This document shows positions 15,135-15,892 of a stretch of 15,892 bases of DNA, in pieces (position 1 is the stretch's first letter; the number at the start of each line of letters is the position of its first letter). Location: contig JAYEMF010000064.1 of assembly GCA_034717975.1 (NCBI GenBank), positions 1 through 15,892 on the forward strand, given 5' to 3'. The position numbers and the translations under genes are program-made. The stretch is from Campylobacterota bacterium. Lineage in GTDB: Bacteria; Campylobacterota; Campylobacteria; Campylobacterales; Sulfurimonadaceae. The notes below the pieces were generated by a model, which was not told where the DNA came from, searched no databases, and saw only the letters and a program-made list of their open reading frames with translations.

Positions 15135-15557
15135 CTAACGATGTTTTGGATTCTGATTATTGTCAAAACCATTGGTCGCCGGATCGTAGTGATCGCACTC
15201 ATAAAGCTCAAACCCATCGACCATACGCAAAATATTTTTCATGGTCGTTGGATTGTTGAGGCGACGCGCATTGTGGTTTTGTGTACAATCGTCACAACGG
15301 GAATAAATGCAGGCGATGGCATTACTGACAGTCAATGTTTTTTGCATAGGATCGATACTGTTGATATGTTCGATGCACTTCAGACCATTTTCAATCGCAT
15401 GATCGATCAGAACCAGATCATACTTATCTTTTTTATACATAATGTGGACATCACCGAGCGTCTCGGCAATCTCGACAGTATGGCTATCACGATCTTCCAG
15501 ATTTTGGATACGAATCTGTGTTTGAAGGCTAGGTCTATCAATGTATAGAATTGTCAT
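15135..15557 (-). CDS. Atypical single-domain receiver (CheY-like) protein with a Cys cluster
   Basis: Receiver-like pattern ILYID...KYDLVLID(52)...NG...LTVS; the conserved KP appears as NP; C83-x4-C88-x2-C91 and C121. Confidence 0.65.
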   Translation of the reverse strand: MTILYIDRPSLQTQIRIQNLEDRDSHTVEIAETLGDVHIMYKKDKYDLVLIDHAIENGLKCIEHINSIDPMQKTLTVSNAIACIYSRCDDCTQNHNARRLNNPTTMKNILRMVDGFELYECDHYDPATNGFDNNQNPKHR

Positions 15558-15573
15558 TTAGTTTCTTTGTGTG

Positions 15574-15599
15574 AACAGAAAGCCCGAAGGCTTCCTGTT
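15574..15599 (-). terminator. Rho-independent terminator-like hairpin after rpsU
   Basis: Minus strand AACAGGAAGCC-TTCG-GGCTTTCTGTT: stem with a C(UUCG)G tetraloop and U-rich 3' arm, beginning at the rpsU stop. Confidence 0.75.
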
Positions 15600-15810
15600 A
15601 CAGACGTGATTCGTAACGTCTCATCATATAGAGACGTTTGAGCATCTTTTTACGAGCGCTAATTTTCTGCTTCTTGCGTTTTTCTGTCGCTGTTTCGTGG
15701 AAACGGCGAGCACGAGCTTCAGTAACGATTAGGTTACGGTCAGTCTGCTTTTTGAAACGACGGTATGAAGCATCAAAATTATCGTCATGGCGTAAAGTGA
15801 TACCAGGCAT
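15598..15810 (-). CDS. rpsU: 30S ribosomal protein S21
   Basis: MPGITL...[29 protein letters not shown]...YESRL, typical Campylobacterota S21. Confidence 0.96.
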   Translation of the reverse strand: MPGITLRHDDNFDASYRRFKKQTDRNLIVTEARARRFHETATEKRKKQKISARKKMLKRLYMMRRYESRL

Positions 15811-15850
15811 TCACATCACCCACTTTCTTTTAAAATTTGTTTGGACGCGG

Positions 15851-15859
15851 ATTATAGCA
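15851..15859 (-). promoter_or_regulatory. Extended -10 promoter (TGCTATAAT) for rpsU
   Basis: attatagca on + reads TGCTATAAT on -, with AT-rich sequence upstream, typical of Campylobacterota sigma70 promoters. Confidence 0.75.
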
Positions 15860-15892
15860 TACTTTTTTGAAAAAATTATCTTTAAAATTAAA

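Overview
Chromosomal window from a Campylobacterota (Epsilonproteobacteria) bacterium, probably Sulfurimonas/Sulfurovum-like (inferred from protein style and TGnTATAAT promoters). Left, minus strand: an orphan RbsB-type binding protein coupled to a membrane HAMP-GGDEF-EAL protein, then frdA/sdhA-like and partial frdB/sdhB-like genes; the flavoprotein has Gln where the covalent-FAD His normally sits. Centre, plus strand: an AEC transporter, a thioredoxin, and a soluble di-iron MBL (ODP-like) histidine kinase with an OmpR-family regulator. These are followed by a class III ribonucleotide reductase locus in which NrdD lacks its glycyl-radical domain; that domain is a separate 55-aa ORF, followed by nrdG. 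The nrdD promoter has four TGACAA direct repeats spaced 10/11/10 bp, ending 10 bp before a TACAAT -10, as expected for an OmpR/PhoB-type operator. The kinase promoter has an FNR-like box at about -41.5. The best candidate system is a putative O2/iron-sensing two-component circuit controlling a split, probably thioredoxin-driven, anaerobic RNR. Right, minus strand: rpsU, an atypical Cys-containing receiver protein, purT, a D-2-hydroxyacid dehydrogenase and a YqaA-family protein. No RNA genes, CRISPR arrays or mobile elements seen. All calls come from reading motifs by eye; no searches were run.
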